A stretch of DNA of 64,000 bases. Source: Azolla caroliniana. Taxonomy: Eukaryota > Plantae > Polypodiophyta. The position numbers and the translations under genes are program-made. Below the pieces are notes generated by a model. The model made no database searches and was not told where the DNA came from. It saw only the letters and a program-made list of their open reading frames with translations. The stretch covers positions 36,580,001 through 36,644,000 of the forward strand of contig JBHGNT010000001.1 in assembly GCA_043228905.1 (NCBI GenBank). Direction: 5' to 3'. Positions 12,681 to 25,935 of this stretch are shown one piece after another; position 1 is the stretch's first letter; every line of letters starts with the position of its first letter.

Positions 12681-15053
12681 ATGATGGGACTAGGATTGGA
12701 ACCAGTGATAACATCAACGACAGATGTAGGAGATGGCATTCAAGAGGAGATTCTTGGACCAGCTGCATTTGTAGCTTTATTGAAGACTTGTACCAAGAAA
12801 AAGGACTTTTGCACAGGCAGTAGAATACATGCTGATATTGTGAAAAGAGGGTTGCTTGAAACAAATGTTTATGTTGGTAGTACCTTAGTCAATATGTATG
12901 CAAAATGTGGCGAACTTGCAAAAGCACAAGAAGTATTCGATGAACTTCCTGCGAGGAATACTGTCTCATGGACAGCATTGATTGCAGGATATGCTCAACA
13001 TGGCCAGGGTGAAAGGGCCTTAAAATGTTTCGAACAAATGAAGCTTGATGGCCTCTCGCCAGATGCTGTGACACTTGTTTGTATGTTAAGAGCATGTGGT
13101 AATGTAGGATCAACTGACACGGGGCATGAAATATACGCTTACATCTTGAAAGAGGGTTTGCTAGGAAAAAACCTTTGGGTTGGCAATGCATTGGTTGATA
13201 TGTATGCCAAATGTGGTGCAATGAAAATGGCCCAACAAGTGTTTAACAAGATTCCAATTAGGGATGTGATCTCTTGGACTTCTTTGATTGCAGGATATGC
13301 CCACCTTGGTAAAGGTGAAGCATTGCATTGTTTTGAACAAATGCAACATGAAGGATTTTCTCCAAACGCAGTCACATATGTGTGCATCTTGAACGTGTGT
13401 GGAAGCATAAGAGCCGTTTCCAAAGGTCAAGAGATACATGCCGAGATTGTTAAAGAGGGTTTGCTCAAGGAAAACATATTGGTTGGAAATGCTTTGGTTG
13501 ATATGTATGCAAAATGTGGTGAACTTGGTAAAGCAAAAGAAGTGTTCGATAAACTTCCTGTCCGGGATATAGTCTCATGGACAGCCCTAATTGCCGGATA
13601 TGCCCAATACGGATATGGTGAAGAAGCATTGAAATGTTATGAAGGGATGCAAGGTGAAGGGCTGGACCCAAATGCAATAACATATGTCTGCATTTTGAAA
13701 GCATGTGGAAGCATTGGAGCACTCATCGAAGGCGAAGAGATACACGCCCAGATTATTAAGAAGGGTTTATTAGAAAAGAATATTATGATCAGTCCTGCAT
13801 TGATAGATATGTATGCAAAATGTGGTGAACATAAGAAAGCACAAAAAGTATTCAAGGAGCTTTCTGCTCGTGATATAGTGTGCTACAATGTGCTCATCTC
13901 AGGATATACTCAACGTGGACATGCTGAGGAAGCACTCACTTGTTTCGAGGAGATGAAATATGAAGGCATTTCTCCAAATTCGATCACTTTTGTTAGTATC
14001 TTGAAAGCCTGTGGAAGCATAGGCGCAGGTGCCAAAGGTGAGGAAATACACACTCAGATTGTGAGAGAGGATTTACTAGAAAAAAACAATTTGATTGGCA
14101 ATGCACTGGTTGACATGTATGCGAAATGTGGTTTGCTTGCAAAAGCTCAGCAAGTGTTTGATAACCTTCCAATTCGGAGTGTCATATCATGGACTGCGTT
14201 GCTTGCAGGGTATGCTCAACATGGTTATGGTGAGGAAGCATTGAACTGTTTTGAGCAGATGCAATATGAAGGAATTGCCCCGAATGTAGTTACTTTTGTT
14301 TGTATCTTGAAGGCATGTGGGAGCATAGGAGCACTGTCAAAGGGCCAAGAAATACATGCCAAGATGATGAAGGAAGGGATATTTGAAAAAGATAGTTTGG
14401 TTAGGACTTCAGTGATAGATATGTATGCAAAATGTGGTGCTCTTGCCAAAGCACAGGATGTGTTTGATCAGCTTCCAAATCGAGATGTAATCTCCTGGAA
14501 TGCGCTACTCACAGGGTATGCCCAACTTGGAAATGGTGACATTGTTTTCAGTTTATTTGACAAAATGATAGAACAGGGTACGAAACCAGATACTGCCACA
14601 TTTTCTATTTTGCTTAACACGTGTTGTCATTTAGGTCTTCTTGATAAAGGCCAAATGTACTTTGAAACTATGAGCACACAACATGGCATCTTCCCGACTT
14701 TGGAGCACCATGCTTGTGTGGTTGACCTTTTTAGCCGTGCTGGTCATTTTGGTAAAGCTGTATCAGTGATTAAGGGGATGCCATATTCTGCTGATAATAC
14801 AATGTGGCACATCCTGCTGAGTGCTTGTGGAAAATGGGGACATGTAAATGTTGGAAAGATGGCCTTTGAACATGCAGTAGATCTAGACGAAAAAGATGCC
14901 ATAGCATATGTTTGCATGAGCAATATTTATGCAGCTTCTGGTATGCCAGAGGAAGATGCATACGATATTGAAACCATAAGAAAGCAGAAAGCGTGGATAC
15001 AACCAGGGGCATCCTGGTGGGCTAACTACGTGAAACTAGAAAATATGGTTTAA
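12681..15053 (+). CDS. Intronless PLS-class PPR protein, 790 aa, E1/E2 + PG box, no DYW
   Basis: Six MYAKCG S-motifs within P-L-S triplets, then L2/S2 (EHHACVVDLFSRAG), E1/E2 and PGASWW just before the stop. Confidence 0.95.
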   Translation: MMGLGLEPVITSTTDVGDGIQEEILGPAAFVALLKTCTKKKDFCTGSRIHADIVKRGLLETNVYVGSTLVNMYAKCGELAKAQEVFDELPARNTVSWTALIAGYAQHGQGERALKCFEQMKLDGLSPDAVTLVCMLRACGNVGSTDTGHEIYAYILKEGLLGKNLWVGNALVDMYAKCGAMKMAQQVFNKIPIRDVISWTSLIAGYAHLGKGEALHCFEQMQHEGFSPNAVTYVCILNVCGSIRAVSKGQEIHAEIVKEGLLKENILVGNALVDMYAKCGELGKAKEVFDKLPVRDIVSWTALIAGYAQYGYGEEALKCYEGMQGEGLDPNAITYVCILKACGSIGALIEGEEIHAQIIKKGLLEKNIMISPALIDMYAKCGEHKKAQKVFKELSARDIVCYNVLISGYTQRGHAEEALTCFEEMKYEGISPNSITFVSILKACGSIGAGAKGEEIHTQIVREDLLEKNNLIGNALVDMYAKCGLLAKAQQVFDNLPIRSVISWTALLAGYAQHGYGEEALNCFEQMQYEGIAPNVVTFVCILKACGSIGALSKGQEIHAKMMKEGIFEKDSLVRTSVIDMYAKCGALAKAQDVFDQLPNRDVISWNALLTGYAQLGNGDIVFSLFDKMIEQGTKPDTATFSILLNTCCHLGLLDKGQMYFETMSTQHGIFPTLEHHACVVDLFSRAGHFGKAVSVIKGMPYSADNTMWHILLSACGKWGHVNVGKMAFEHAVDLDEKDAIAYVCMSNIYAASGMPEEDAYDIETIRKQKAWIQPGASWWANYVKLENMV

Positions 15054-17008
15054 GGAATGTCAGAGAAGGCAATATTCGTTGCCATAAATGCAGAGAAGTT
15101 GACTACTGCAATGTATCATTCATCCACAACAGAGATAACCAACACACTGTTGACATGTGGATGACTGTCTTGAAAGAAGTATGGAGACATGGAAATTAAT
15201 GTTGTGGTGGAATCTTGACAGCAGTGCAAGTGTTTGGATGAAGCATCTATTGTAAAGAATCCATCTGAAACGGAATACATTATGAACGTCTACGATGAGC
15301 CAAAGTGTTCCTAGGAAACTAAGAGAAACTACAAAAATTGAAGTTCTTTTGGACACTGAAGAAAAACAATGATATGATGTATGTACAAGCATGATATGCA
15401 TTACTTATAGCCAAGGAATGTGGCTTTGTGGCTGCCAGCTCAGCATGATAAGAGCCAAGATATGACTGGCTATATTAACTGCTATATTAGTGTACCCGTG
15501 TAGTGTGTTTGAGAACATCATATTGGGTACAGTTAACATGGTCTTGGGAACATTACATTACATGATGCACCATTTTCTATATAAGAATGTATTGATTTAC
15601 TTCAAGTAATCAAGTAGGGTGTTGACGTGTTAGAAGACCTGAACAAGCTATACAAAATATTCAGTTATTTATGATAAAATGGTATAATTATTTTTACTGA
15701 TACATCCATTTAGAGTGCTAATTGTGAGTACACTATGATAAGCGTATAGGTGTGTAAATATTGTTTGTTATTAGTCAATGTAATCCCTGCAAAGCTTTTA
15801 TCACATGCATCAACCCATGATTGTTAAATGAAGATTATATAGGGGTTGAGAGTGATATGTTGCTCATTCACACTCATGACCATGACCGAGGACAACTCAT
15901 GTTTGGAGTGGTATTTTTGTTTATCATATATTCCCTAAAATCTTCTCAATTATATCCTAGTTCAAAACCTTGGTGATTCCACCCATGCACAAATAGATCC
16001 ATCACACTATCACACATTGGGAGTGAGGAAATGTTGTTCTAATGAGACTAGAAATCACATTGGAACATGTTACACAACGCAAGGAGTCACAATTGGAGGA
16101 TGCCAATTTGGGCATTGTTGACAACCTCAAGTTGACGAGTATCTTAGCCATCTCATTAAATGTCTAGCAAAATGCTACAAAACATGACCCAACCTAAACC
16201 TTCTGAAGTAAGTGTGCCACCATGGGGGTATTTGCTTGACCTTTCATGTGAGTCGTTCTCTTCTATAAGGCGAGCTAACATTAGTTGCAGCTTTCCTTGA
16301 GCTTCAAGGCCAAGTCTAGGGCCTTGCCCATACTCGTCGTTTCTTTTGCTTCTAGAACTTGGATCTTGTCAGCCTTCTAGAGCATCTTTCCTACACATAT
16401 CAAGTCAATTCATGATCGGTTGAGTTCCTCTAAATGTACTTACATGAATATTTAAAAGCAACTTTATTGTGGAAATATTTACCGACAGAAACACCATTGT
16501 TGCCTCCTTGGTTGGAGGAAAATATGGAACAATACATTATGCATTAAAGCACATTATTAAACCATTTATAATACATATAAAAGACTTTTGAGACATTTAC
16601 CTTGTATCATTTATTGATTCTTATATTAGTGAAATGTTAAACCTAATACACATAGACACGACGTGAAGTGCTTTACAATGTTAAGGTCACAACTTTGAAT
16701 TTTTTTTGTTACCAATCATATAAATTCTCTAAATTGAGATTAGGCATGCTAAGCAGATGCCTTCAAAAATAATTCTCAATATTGAAATGGAGACAAAATC
16801 TATGGTAGAAAGCGTGAAAGTGATAACGTTGTACTAAGTAATGATTAGATGGAGAAGGAGAATATCTATATGTATACACACATATACTCCCTCCGCCCCA
16901 TTACATATTTGAGATGGTGACATAAACTCTTTGAGGATTTTAAGGTCATTAGTTCAATTGTGTGACGTGTTGTTGTAGCAAAGACGTGTGGAACTAAAGC
17001 ACCTTATG

Positions 17009-17240
17009 TTCATAACCTAATAGATTTATAGCAAGGTAATAGAAGGTTATCCTATGGAGAGGCATAGGTTTATCCCTTCAATTTCAAGTTTCATAATCTA
17101 ATACCTTGTTAGGAAGGTAATGGAAGATTACACAACGGAGTGTTATAGGTTGGTTATCCCTTTCGAGGTTCATAACCTAATAGCTTGCTACCAAGTTAAG
17201 TGAAGGTTATCCTATGAAGAGTCATGGGATATCCCTCCAA
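17009..17240. repeat. Degenerate tandem repeat, 3 x ~80 bp
   Basis: ttcataa(c/t)ctaata...aagg/ttaa..gaagg/atta...tatccc recurs at ~17009, ~17089 and ~17169. Confidence 0.75.
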
Positions 17241-17925
17241 TAGCCATAAAACTATGCATTCATCACCTACATAACATATAGGGTTATTTGATCAATACAT
17301 GTTGCAACAATGTCATGCACTAAGTTATGTTAATGTTAACGAGAGTTAAAGCCAGCAAGTTATCTATCTATTCAAAGACCATAGTGTCACATAGTCAATA
17401 CCTACGGAGGACAATGCCATGCGGTAAAATTATATCGGAGAGGAGAGATTAAAAGCTATGTAGAAATGGATGGCAATAAATAGTTGAAGCCCAATCTACC
17501 AAAATATATGTGTGCATACAGTATAGTATGCCTCTCCTCAAGTTATATGTATGTATATATATATGTGTATGATGAATGTATCATTCATTGGGTTCGTTGA
17601 ATGTCAACAATTTGGAGGCCCACACAACCACCACCACCACCATCACCACCACCACCGACGCATTCCTTCCGATGGATCAAAGAACTTTCACAACGCTTTC
17701 TAAAATGCAGTTTTATTATTATTATTTTGGGTTTGCTTCAAAAGCTGCAGATCTCTGATTTAATCTCTGAGCTGACACTTCATCTAAATCGCCCAAGAAG
17801 CTCCATTCTTGAAATATTGTATTCGGTTCGATCTTCATCTTGAATATACAGGAGTTTTTCTTTCTGCACCAAGATCCTTCGCCTCCCATTAACCTGGGTT
17901 CAAATCCCCGGTTCCATTTCTCAGA

Positions 17926-20900
17926 ATGTCGGTCCAGCATCGGCGAAAAGACCCCAAATTGAAGCAAGACGAAGAAGATGAAGATGAAGAGAAAGAATCA
18001 GATTCTCTACTTCACTCATCACCAGAAAAGAGCATTACGACTCCGAGCCTCAGGGATAAGCTAACTGATCATTTCCCGAAGGTAGTTATCTTTGGTTTAC
18101 TCTGTTTGAGTGCTTTCATTTTGATCCTTGTGAAAAATCGTAGTGAAACTGGGGCCGTACTCTGTATTGAGTCTCATCTCTCTAGAGAAGCACAGGGTAT
18201 ACCTTACCCATCCGTGGGCTTCAGAAATGTTAAAAGGTTTTTGGATGATGGTATATATGCTGATGTTCATTCGGAGGATTGGATTGTTGTAGCTGTTTCT
18301 ATTCCTCCTACAGAAGAGGTTCATGCATTAACCAAACTAAAAGGATGGAAAATTGTAGCTGTGGGTGGTTTAGAGACCCCTATTGATTGGAATGTGAGTG
18401 GGATTATATACCTCTCTCCTCAACAGCAAGAAAAACTACCTTATAGAATCATACCACACCTCCCAAAAAGTTCTTTTGTTAGGAAAAGTGTGGGTTATCT
18501 TTTTGCTATCCAGCATGGTGCAACAAGGATATACGATGCTGATGAGAATTCATCAGTTCTTGGAGATGACCTTAGCAATGCATTTGATCTTGAACTTAGT
18601 GGGGTTAACAGTAGACGAGAACCTCTTTTACAATATCTTTCACTACCCAACAGAACATGTATTAATCCTTATATTCATTTTGGCCAAAGATCGGTATGGC
18701 CACGAGGTTTGCCTTTATCATGGGTGGGGATTATTGAACCTGAGGTGGCTTATGGGCAAGTGTTCAGTGGGAAACAATTCATTCAACAAGGGATTTCAAC
18801 GGGATTACCTGATGTGGACTCCATATTCTACAATACAAGAAAATCAGGGATTGAACCATTTGTTATAGACTTTGATGGCCATGCCCCGACAGTTGCGGTC
18901 CCTCAAGGAACTATGGCACCTATGAATAGCTTAAATACACTTTTCCACTCTGCAGCATTCTGGGGTCTAATGCTCCCAGTTTCTGTAAGCACTAAGGCAT
19001 CAGACATTCTCAGAGGTTATTGGGCCCAAAGACTTCTTTGGGAAGTCGGTGGTCAGTTAACCATTCATCCACCGTCTGTGTACAGAATAGATAGAATGTC
19101 ATCACCTCCTTATGCTGATGAAAAGGATGTTCACAGAAATGTTGACAAGTTAACGAGATTTCTGGTTTCATGGAGATCCAAAAAGCTAAGCCTATTTCAA
19201 AAGGCGTTGCATTTGAGTCATTCTATGGCTGAAGCAGGGTTTTGGACAGCAGAAGATGTTATATATACATCTGCATGGCTTCAAGATCTACTTTCTGTGG
19301 GCTACATACAACCACGTGTGGTAGCACTAGAACTCGAAAGAGGAGTCACATTGACACATACTGAAGAGCATAGAGATTTTAACCCAATAAAGCTTCCTTC
19401 AGTTCACTTGGGTGTTGAGGAGGCAAACAAAAAAGGCGCAGAAGTAGAGAATTTAATAAAATGGAGGAAATTCTATGGGAATATAGTGTTGATATTGGAG
19501 TGCTCATGGCCGCTCAATCATACTGCACTTGCTTGGAAAATGTTATACGGTAGGATGTTCAAAACTGTGATTATGCTATCTGAATTCAGTGAGAGTGATT
19601 TTAGAGTGGAATCTGTTGATGGGACACAGAGTTACAAGTGAGTAGTCATTGATATTGTGTTTATTGTTATGATAAAATACTTGAGCATTAATAAATGTTT
19701 TTAACTCTCAGGGCATTGCCTCCTATTTTTGGGAAGTTTCCGAACGCTGAAGGTTTCTTGTTCCTCAAAGATGATGTCATTCTCAATTATTGGAAATTGG
19801 TTGTAGCTGATAAGAACAGACTTTGGAGCCTCCATAAGGTTGAACTCTTTCCTTTCTGATTGTTTACGTATAAATTCGAGTTTTTAAAAAAACATTCATT
19901 ATTTGTATTGAAAATCATGACATTAGTAAGAAAGTGCAAGAAGCTGCTTCTTATTTTTACGGAGTTGTGAGTACTTTCTTTAATGCTTGGTCAAATATAA
20001 ATGGGAGAATTTTGAGCTCTGAAAAAGTATTATAGGCAAACATCTTTGCTATTGGAAAACTTTAGATACCATGGGGAGTTTTCATGAGATGCTGAATTGA
20101 TATATACATTTGGATACAATCTCACTGGCCCTCTTTTTAATTTTCAATTTTGTTTCATCTTGAATCTGTTCAAGTTGCTATTTTAAGTCACATGTTAAGC
20201 CATCCCATCATTGAAATAGAGCCTTACACATTCCTCAACTACATATTTTTGGTTCTTGAAGGCACACATCCTACATAGAAAGAAAGAAAGATATATTGAC
20301 GTCTTCTAAGACCAAAATTGCCCAATGAGACAATTGGTTTACAACAAATTGGCCCATGGAGAGAATGTCACCTCAATCTATTGACGTGTTTCCGATCATC
20401 AAAGATTAAAATAAAGATAAAAAGGAAAACAAAATATAACAATTTTATCAATGGATGAGAATGATGTGAACTATTTGATGGATTTGATGAGAAATGTTTT
20501 GCTCTGATGTTTTTCTTTTATTCAGATTAGCAACTCATGGAAACAAGCAAGCCTGACTAGGGATGGTCCTGCATGGTATCAAAATGCTACCATAAGAAAA
20601 ACTGTTCAAGCTATGGTGAACATGCTACCACCACAGTACAAAACTATCTATGAAGCAAATATAGACAAAAGTCGGTATGCTATATGCAGATCAAACGTTT
20701 TCTATGTTCCTCGTCGATATGTATCTGATTTTGCCACACTTACTCAACTTGGAATTAAGGCCGGCCTTCGACATGAAGTGGCAGTTCCCTTGTTTTTACT
20801 CTCCATGGCATCGAAACAAGAGTTTGATGGGGATGCATTTAGTGATGTTATATACAAACCAGGCAAAGGAGTGGGTGGGGCGGAGTTCTACTCTATTCGA

Positions 20901-21005
20901 TCGCATGCTGTCTACCCATGGCGTGCGAAAAACGAGCTCGAGATTCAAAGAATTATCAAGGCCATGGGAGCAGGGGACCCCCTTCTCTTGAAATTTGGCC
21001 CCTAA
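17926..21005 (+). CDS. STL: STELLO-like Golgi glycosyltransferase (DUF288); exons 17926-19637, 19712-19838, 20526-21005
   Basis: N-terminal TM segment; family motifs WIVVAVS, RKSVGYLFAIQHGA.RIYDAD, NPYIHFGQRSVWPRGLPL, GLPDVDSIFY.TRK, RGYWAQRLLWE, EGFLFL.DD.ILNYW and terminal MGAGDPLL. Splice phases are consistent. Confidence 0.95.
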
Positions 21006-22104
21006 ATGTTTGTAAAAAGGAGGTGTGAAGGTTTTAGTTTTGTACTTTTTCAACATTAGATTTTGTTGGATCTATTCATATTCTTTGCTACCCTGCCTTT
21101 GTGTAACTTTCAATATTCATTGTACTAATGGTAAATATGACAAAAATTGATATATAATATCATTTGTTCAAGGTCTGAATCAATAACCAATTTTTCTCTT
21201 AATTCTGTTGAATGCATATTTGAACCATTTCATTCTAAGTTTCTGGCAAAACAATGTCTATAAATTACAATGAGCCAAAATGATGTAAACATAATTCTGG
21301 AAGTTGCACCACTAACTGAAAAACTCTGAAATGGCCTCAGTTTTCTTTATTTTCTTAAATCCCATTGGTCAAACTCTTAGCTCATCTCTCTCAGTGTCTC
21401 TTTACTCACAAACTAACACGAATAATTTTGTTGAGATCCACATTGAAAATTTGAAAATGGCCACATCCTTTCTTTGGATTTGGATTTGTGGTGACTAGTG
21501 CTATGGTTGTATAATGTAACCTATTTATGACTGCTATGAGAATTCTGATGAAAGTAAACTCAAGCCCCAAGTCCCAAAGTGCTAAAAAAATAGCAATCGG
21601 TTCCATCCTCTAGTGTATATGACATCGCATCAATGTACTTGTGAACAAGTAAAATTGAAAAAGAAAAATTTGCATAACTCAACTTTTGGGAAACAAACTC
21701 AAGTCTTGAGCTAACTCTTATCAAATCGTGAGGAAGTTGAAGTTGAGCCAAATGTATTAAATGGTCTTGTGAGTATTGATGGTGTGGCAGTAGATGTAGG
21801 TTATAAACCATGCATGCATTCCATACCTTTAGCATGTCAAATGTTGTGTGGATCGGGACAGAACCCATATCCTAAAATTTTCTCACTGTAGAGGCAGAGG
21901 CAGAGGGGTATATCTCCCAATTTTCCAAAACCATTTCCGAATTTGAGACTGCTTTCCCGCCATCATCGAATCAGAAACAATGCCTCCTCTTCTTCTTCTT
22001 CGTTCCTGTCATTCGTATTTCTGCCTTTCTTATTAAGGTACTGTCTTTCTCCCTCTCTCTGTTCTCCTAGGGTTGTCTCTCCTTCTTCGGCACCAAGCCT
22101 CTTA

Positions 22105-22155
<51 letters not shown>

Positions 22156-22156
22156 C

Positions 22157-24495
22157 ATGGCTCCTCCTCCTCCCGCTGCTGCTTCTGCTACTGCAGGATC
22201 AGCTACAGGATGCTTCAAATGTGGACGACCAGGCCATTGGTCTCGAGACTGCCCTTCTTCCTCTTCTTCGGCATCTCCATCCCTACCATCGAATCAGAAT
22301 CGCAACAGTAACAATGGCTCGTCGTCTTCTTCATCTTTTCCTCCTTCTGGAAACTGGAAACCTGCTGTGAATCAAGGATCTAATCCTTCCTCCTCTTCGT
22401 GGAAGAATTCCAAGCCCCCACCATCGAAGCCTCCCAACCTCCCTCGCAAGCGGCCTAAGCTCACACCTGATCTTCTACTATCTAATGAAGGTCTAGGATA
22501 TGTCCTTGAACATTTTCCTCGCATGGTGAAGATCCAAGGACCCGGCCATGAGGTATTTTACTTATCATCCTCTTCTCTGCCTGTCATTTTTTTCGGAATG
22601 TGAAAGCCTTTTTGTGTCTGTAGCTGTAAAAAGAACCTCACTTTCACGAACATAGATTCGGTCTTGAAGACGATAAGTAAGAAATACTGTGTCTATCTAT
22701 GTATACATTTGCACTTAAAACATCTAATTTTCCTTAAACAGCAATATGAAATCATATATATGTATGTTGTCAATAAACCATTTTTTGAGAAATGTGTTAT
22801 ACATTTACAGATGAATAAACCCTAAATTTCCAGCGCATTGAAATGTGATATCGTCTGTATTGCATATGTACAGCTGGTTTTGTGCAACATTGTATGTTTC
22901 CACATAAACACATACAAATCTTAAAGTCCCTAAACCAATCAATTAAAAAAATATCTGTATATACTGTGCATAAATTCATCAATTAATCAGTAGACTATAC
23001 TTATAGCACTTCAAAAACATTTTTATCCTAAAAGCATGTTGCCTGTTGAATCACATCTGTAGATGGTATATAAGCTGTACCATGAAATACGAATTTTATA
23101 CCATTATAAAAATGCGTGACATGGATAAATTCTACATACAGTTGGAATCACGAAATTTCAATCTATGTGAAATATTTTGTATATCATACATAAAAGTCCT
23201 GTTTTCTCATATATAAGTTAGGTGTTAATATATAAAGCTCTGTACTTCAAACCGGTCATCACATATAAGCCCTTCCTATTGAAACATGGATTTTTACGGT
23301 TATGAAAATGTTTGAAAGAGATATAGCCTACATACAATTGAAATTCATATTTTTCAATCCATATGAAATCATTTGTACATCATACCTTAAACCCACGTTT
23401 GATCTTATGTAAGCTAGGCATTAAATGGACAAGAAAGAGTGCACATTCAATTGGGTCTACCCATATGTAAGAACCTAAAATCCTTTAAAAATTCATGGTG
23501 GCTCAGTAAGAGAGCATATTCAATCAAAACTTTTTGGGAGTAAAGCAAGTATAATATTTGCACCTGTATTGTGCAGCTTGATGATCTCAAGAGTTTATTG
23601 GAAGCGTATGTCCACTGGCATTCTCGTGTCCTTCCTTACTTCTCCTTTGATCAGTTTGTTGAAAGAGTTGAGAGAGTTGGCTCTACTAAACGTGTTCGGG
23701 TAAAGCTTTTCCAATCCGCATTTGTTTTTTGTTGTTGAATACTCAAGCTGGCTTTGTATTTTTCATATTTATTATCTTAATTCACCTGAACAGGTATGTC
23801 TTAATGATTTAAAAAGTAAAGTAGCCATGGGTGAAGAAATGAAGCTGAATTCCAAAGGTAAATGTGCAGGTAGCATGCCATGTTGCTTTATATATTTCTC
23901 CTCAAGTCTGTTTGCATATTATCCTTGGTAAAGTACCAATACTTCTTGACGTATCAAATGGCTTAGCCTATGATGGAATAGCATAAAAACATTGTTGAAG
24001 AGATTTAAATTTAGAGTCATATTTGTGTCTTCATTGTGAACTTCTCATTGATGATGAGTCATCTATTATATTGAAACAGATGAGAGTACCGGCCAAAAGG
24101 ATGTATTCTCTGACTTCGACGTACCAAATGATAAAGATGATTGGGAAGAAAAACATGATGTACTTCCTGAAGATATCAATGAGGATTTGTTTGATGAGTT
24201 CTACAATCAAGCTATTGATGAGGTTAGCAAAATTTACAATGGACTATAGATTATTTCACATTTGTAGTTATTGATGAGGTGAACAAATCATTCTTGATGA
24301 CAGACTAATGAGCCTAAAGAAACAACAAAATCAGCTACCGCATCAGAAACTGAACCCGTGTCCACTTTGAATTCTGAAACAATTGCTTCTTCTGCCGAAT
24401 TGAGTAAGGATCAAAGACTCCGAATGGAAGCGAATCGTCTCAAAGCAATGGAGCGAGCAAAAGCTCGCATTGCATCTGCAAGTGTTACATCATGA
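22157..24495 (+). CDS. TIPIN: TIPIN/Swi3/Csm3 replication-fork protection protein with N-terminal CCHC knuckle; exons 22157-22552, 23577-23699, 23794-23857, 24080-24222, 24304-24495
   Basis: CFKCGRPGHWSRDC knuckle; RKRPKLTPDLLLS.EGL; Swi3 core WHSRVLPYFSFDQFVERVE; C-terminal RPA32-binding-type motif QRLRMEANRLKAMERAKAR. Confidence 0.9.
23080..23430. repeat. Degenerate ~200 bp tandem repeat / MITE-like insertion in the TIPIN intron
   Basis: ctacataca.ttg.aat.ca....tttcaatc.at.tgaaat..tttgta.atcatac recurs at ~23132 and ~23328. Confidence 0.55.
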
Positions 24496-25450
24496 TTGCT
24501 TGCCTAACGTGTATCTTGTTGGATTCTTCTGGATAAAATAATGACAGTAGAGCTATGATTTTCAAACATATACCTTCATCACCATGGTAAAGCTATTTTT
24601 AATATTGTGAGATAGTTCAAGTTATCTAAAAGATATCTGGAACAGAGGCGATATAAAAAATGAAACTTACCAAGAATACATCCTGGCATGACATCATACA
24701 TCAACAATACAAACAATCATCCATGTCTTAATCGTCATGCTGAAACATTTTTCCCACTGATAGTTTCAGTGCTTGGCGATTTTGTTATGCCAATCCAGTG
24801 GACTAGTCACTGTACATTTTGTCATGAATAAGCTTGTGTTGCGACGTCTTCCACTTTAAACGAAAGAGTTATATGGTTTGATTTTCTGAAGGCGAGGAAT
24901 AAATTAGTTTATGACCTACACTTTACTTCACAAATTAAGTTGTATTTTCCACAAAAAGATCATTTCTTCTTTGACATTCAACAGTTCTTTTATACCTGCA
25001 AATGTATAATTTTGTTTTGAGTTTTCCTTGTTATGATTCTCTTCTAGATCAGATTTCTCGTCACATCCTGTATTGCGGTTGGTTTGGTGACCTCAAATCA
25101 AATTACTCCTTTTCTTTCCATGATTTCTTCATTCCCTACTAATATCGATTAAAACCTTGCCTGTTTCTATACGCCAAATAGCTATAAACTCACCAGTTTG
25201 CAGACATTAATATATTTACCTTGATAGTGTACCTATTTTAATTAAGAACTCTTGTTTCTACCCAGAATTTCGTTTGAGAAGACATTTGCATTAGATCCTG
25301 TGAAACAGTACTGTTAGAGCTCAGTATAGCTGCAGCAGAACATATTGCTTTCTCAAAAGCCATCTATTGGGAATAAATATTAAGCTGTCATCAAGAATCA
25401 GCCTCATTCTTTTAGCAACAAAACTGCTTCCTACTCACCATGCCAACAGC

Positions 25451-25556
25451 CTGATCCGAAATTGTTCTCATCAGACTGACCCGAAATTGTATTCTCATTA
25501 GCCTGATCTGAAATTGTTTCATCATCACGGTGATTTGAAATTGTTTTCTCATCATT
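25451..25556. repeat. Minisatellite, 4 x ~26 bp
   Basis: The unit (c/g)tga.y.gaaattgt..tcat(c/t)a is repeated four times. Confidence 0.85.
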
Positions 25557-25683
25557 GAAGAAATATGTATAAAGCTACTAAACGTACAGCTTTTCCTATA
25601 TGCAAGCTGCATTGCGGTGCCACTTGGTCACAATTTAAATTAGTGAAGAGAATCACGAAAAGCTGGCGCTACAAATTGCTTTT

Positions 25684-25935
25684 ACACATTAGACCACTGC
25701 TACCAAATTCAAACAATGAGATTCCAGTCCGTTATTAGCAATAGTCGTAAACACATCACACCTCAATAATGCATAAACATCCACATTAAAGACCACGACT
25801 CCTCTCATCTGAATTATATAATAAAACCATAAGATTCCCTTCCGTATCCGAGCTCAATACGTATTCATCTACACTACAACTGAAGACCACCCGTATATTC
25901 AATTTAATAAAACCACTCGAATTGTGTACCCCTGC
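25684..25935. repeat. Highly degenerate ~95 bp tandem repeat x 3
   Basis: gaccac recurs at ~25692, ~25791 and ~25885, with shared gattcc..tccgt, ctcaata and aataaaacca blocks. Confidence 0.5.

Noticed and set aside
15054-15400. Cryptic DYW domain downstream of the 790-aa PPR
   Set aside because: No HSE(K) or CxxCH motifs are visible; at most this is a faint degenerate E-like remnant.
16885-16900. Stowaway MITE TIR (TA-CTCCCTCCG)
   Set aside because: No matching right-hand TIR was found, so no element can be delimited.
25451-25556. CRISPR-like or C/D-box array
   Set aside because: The units are contiguous and degenerate with no unique spacers, and the context is eukaryotic. It is a minisatellite.
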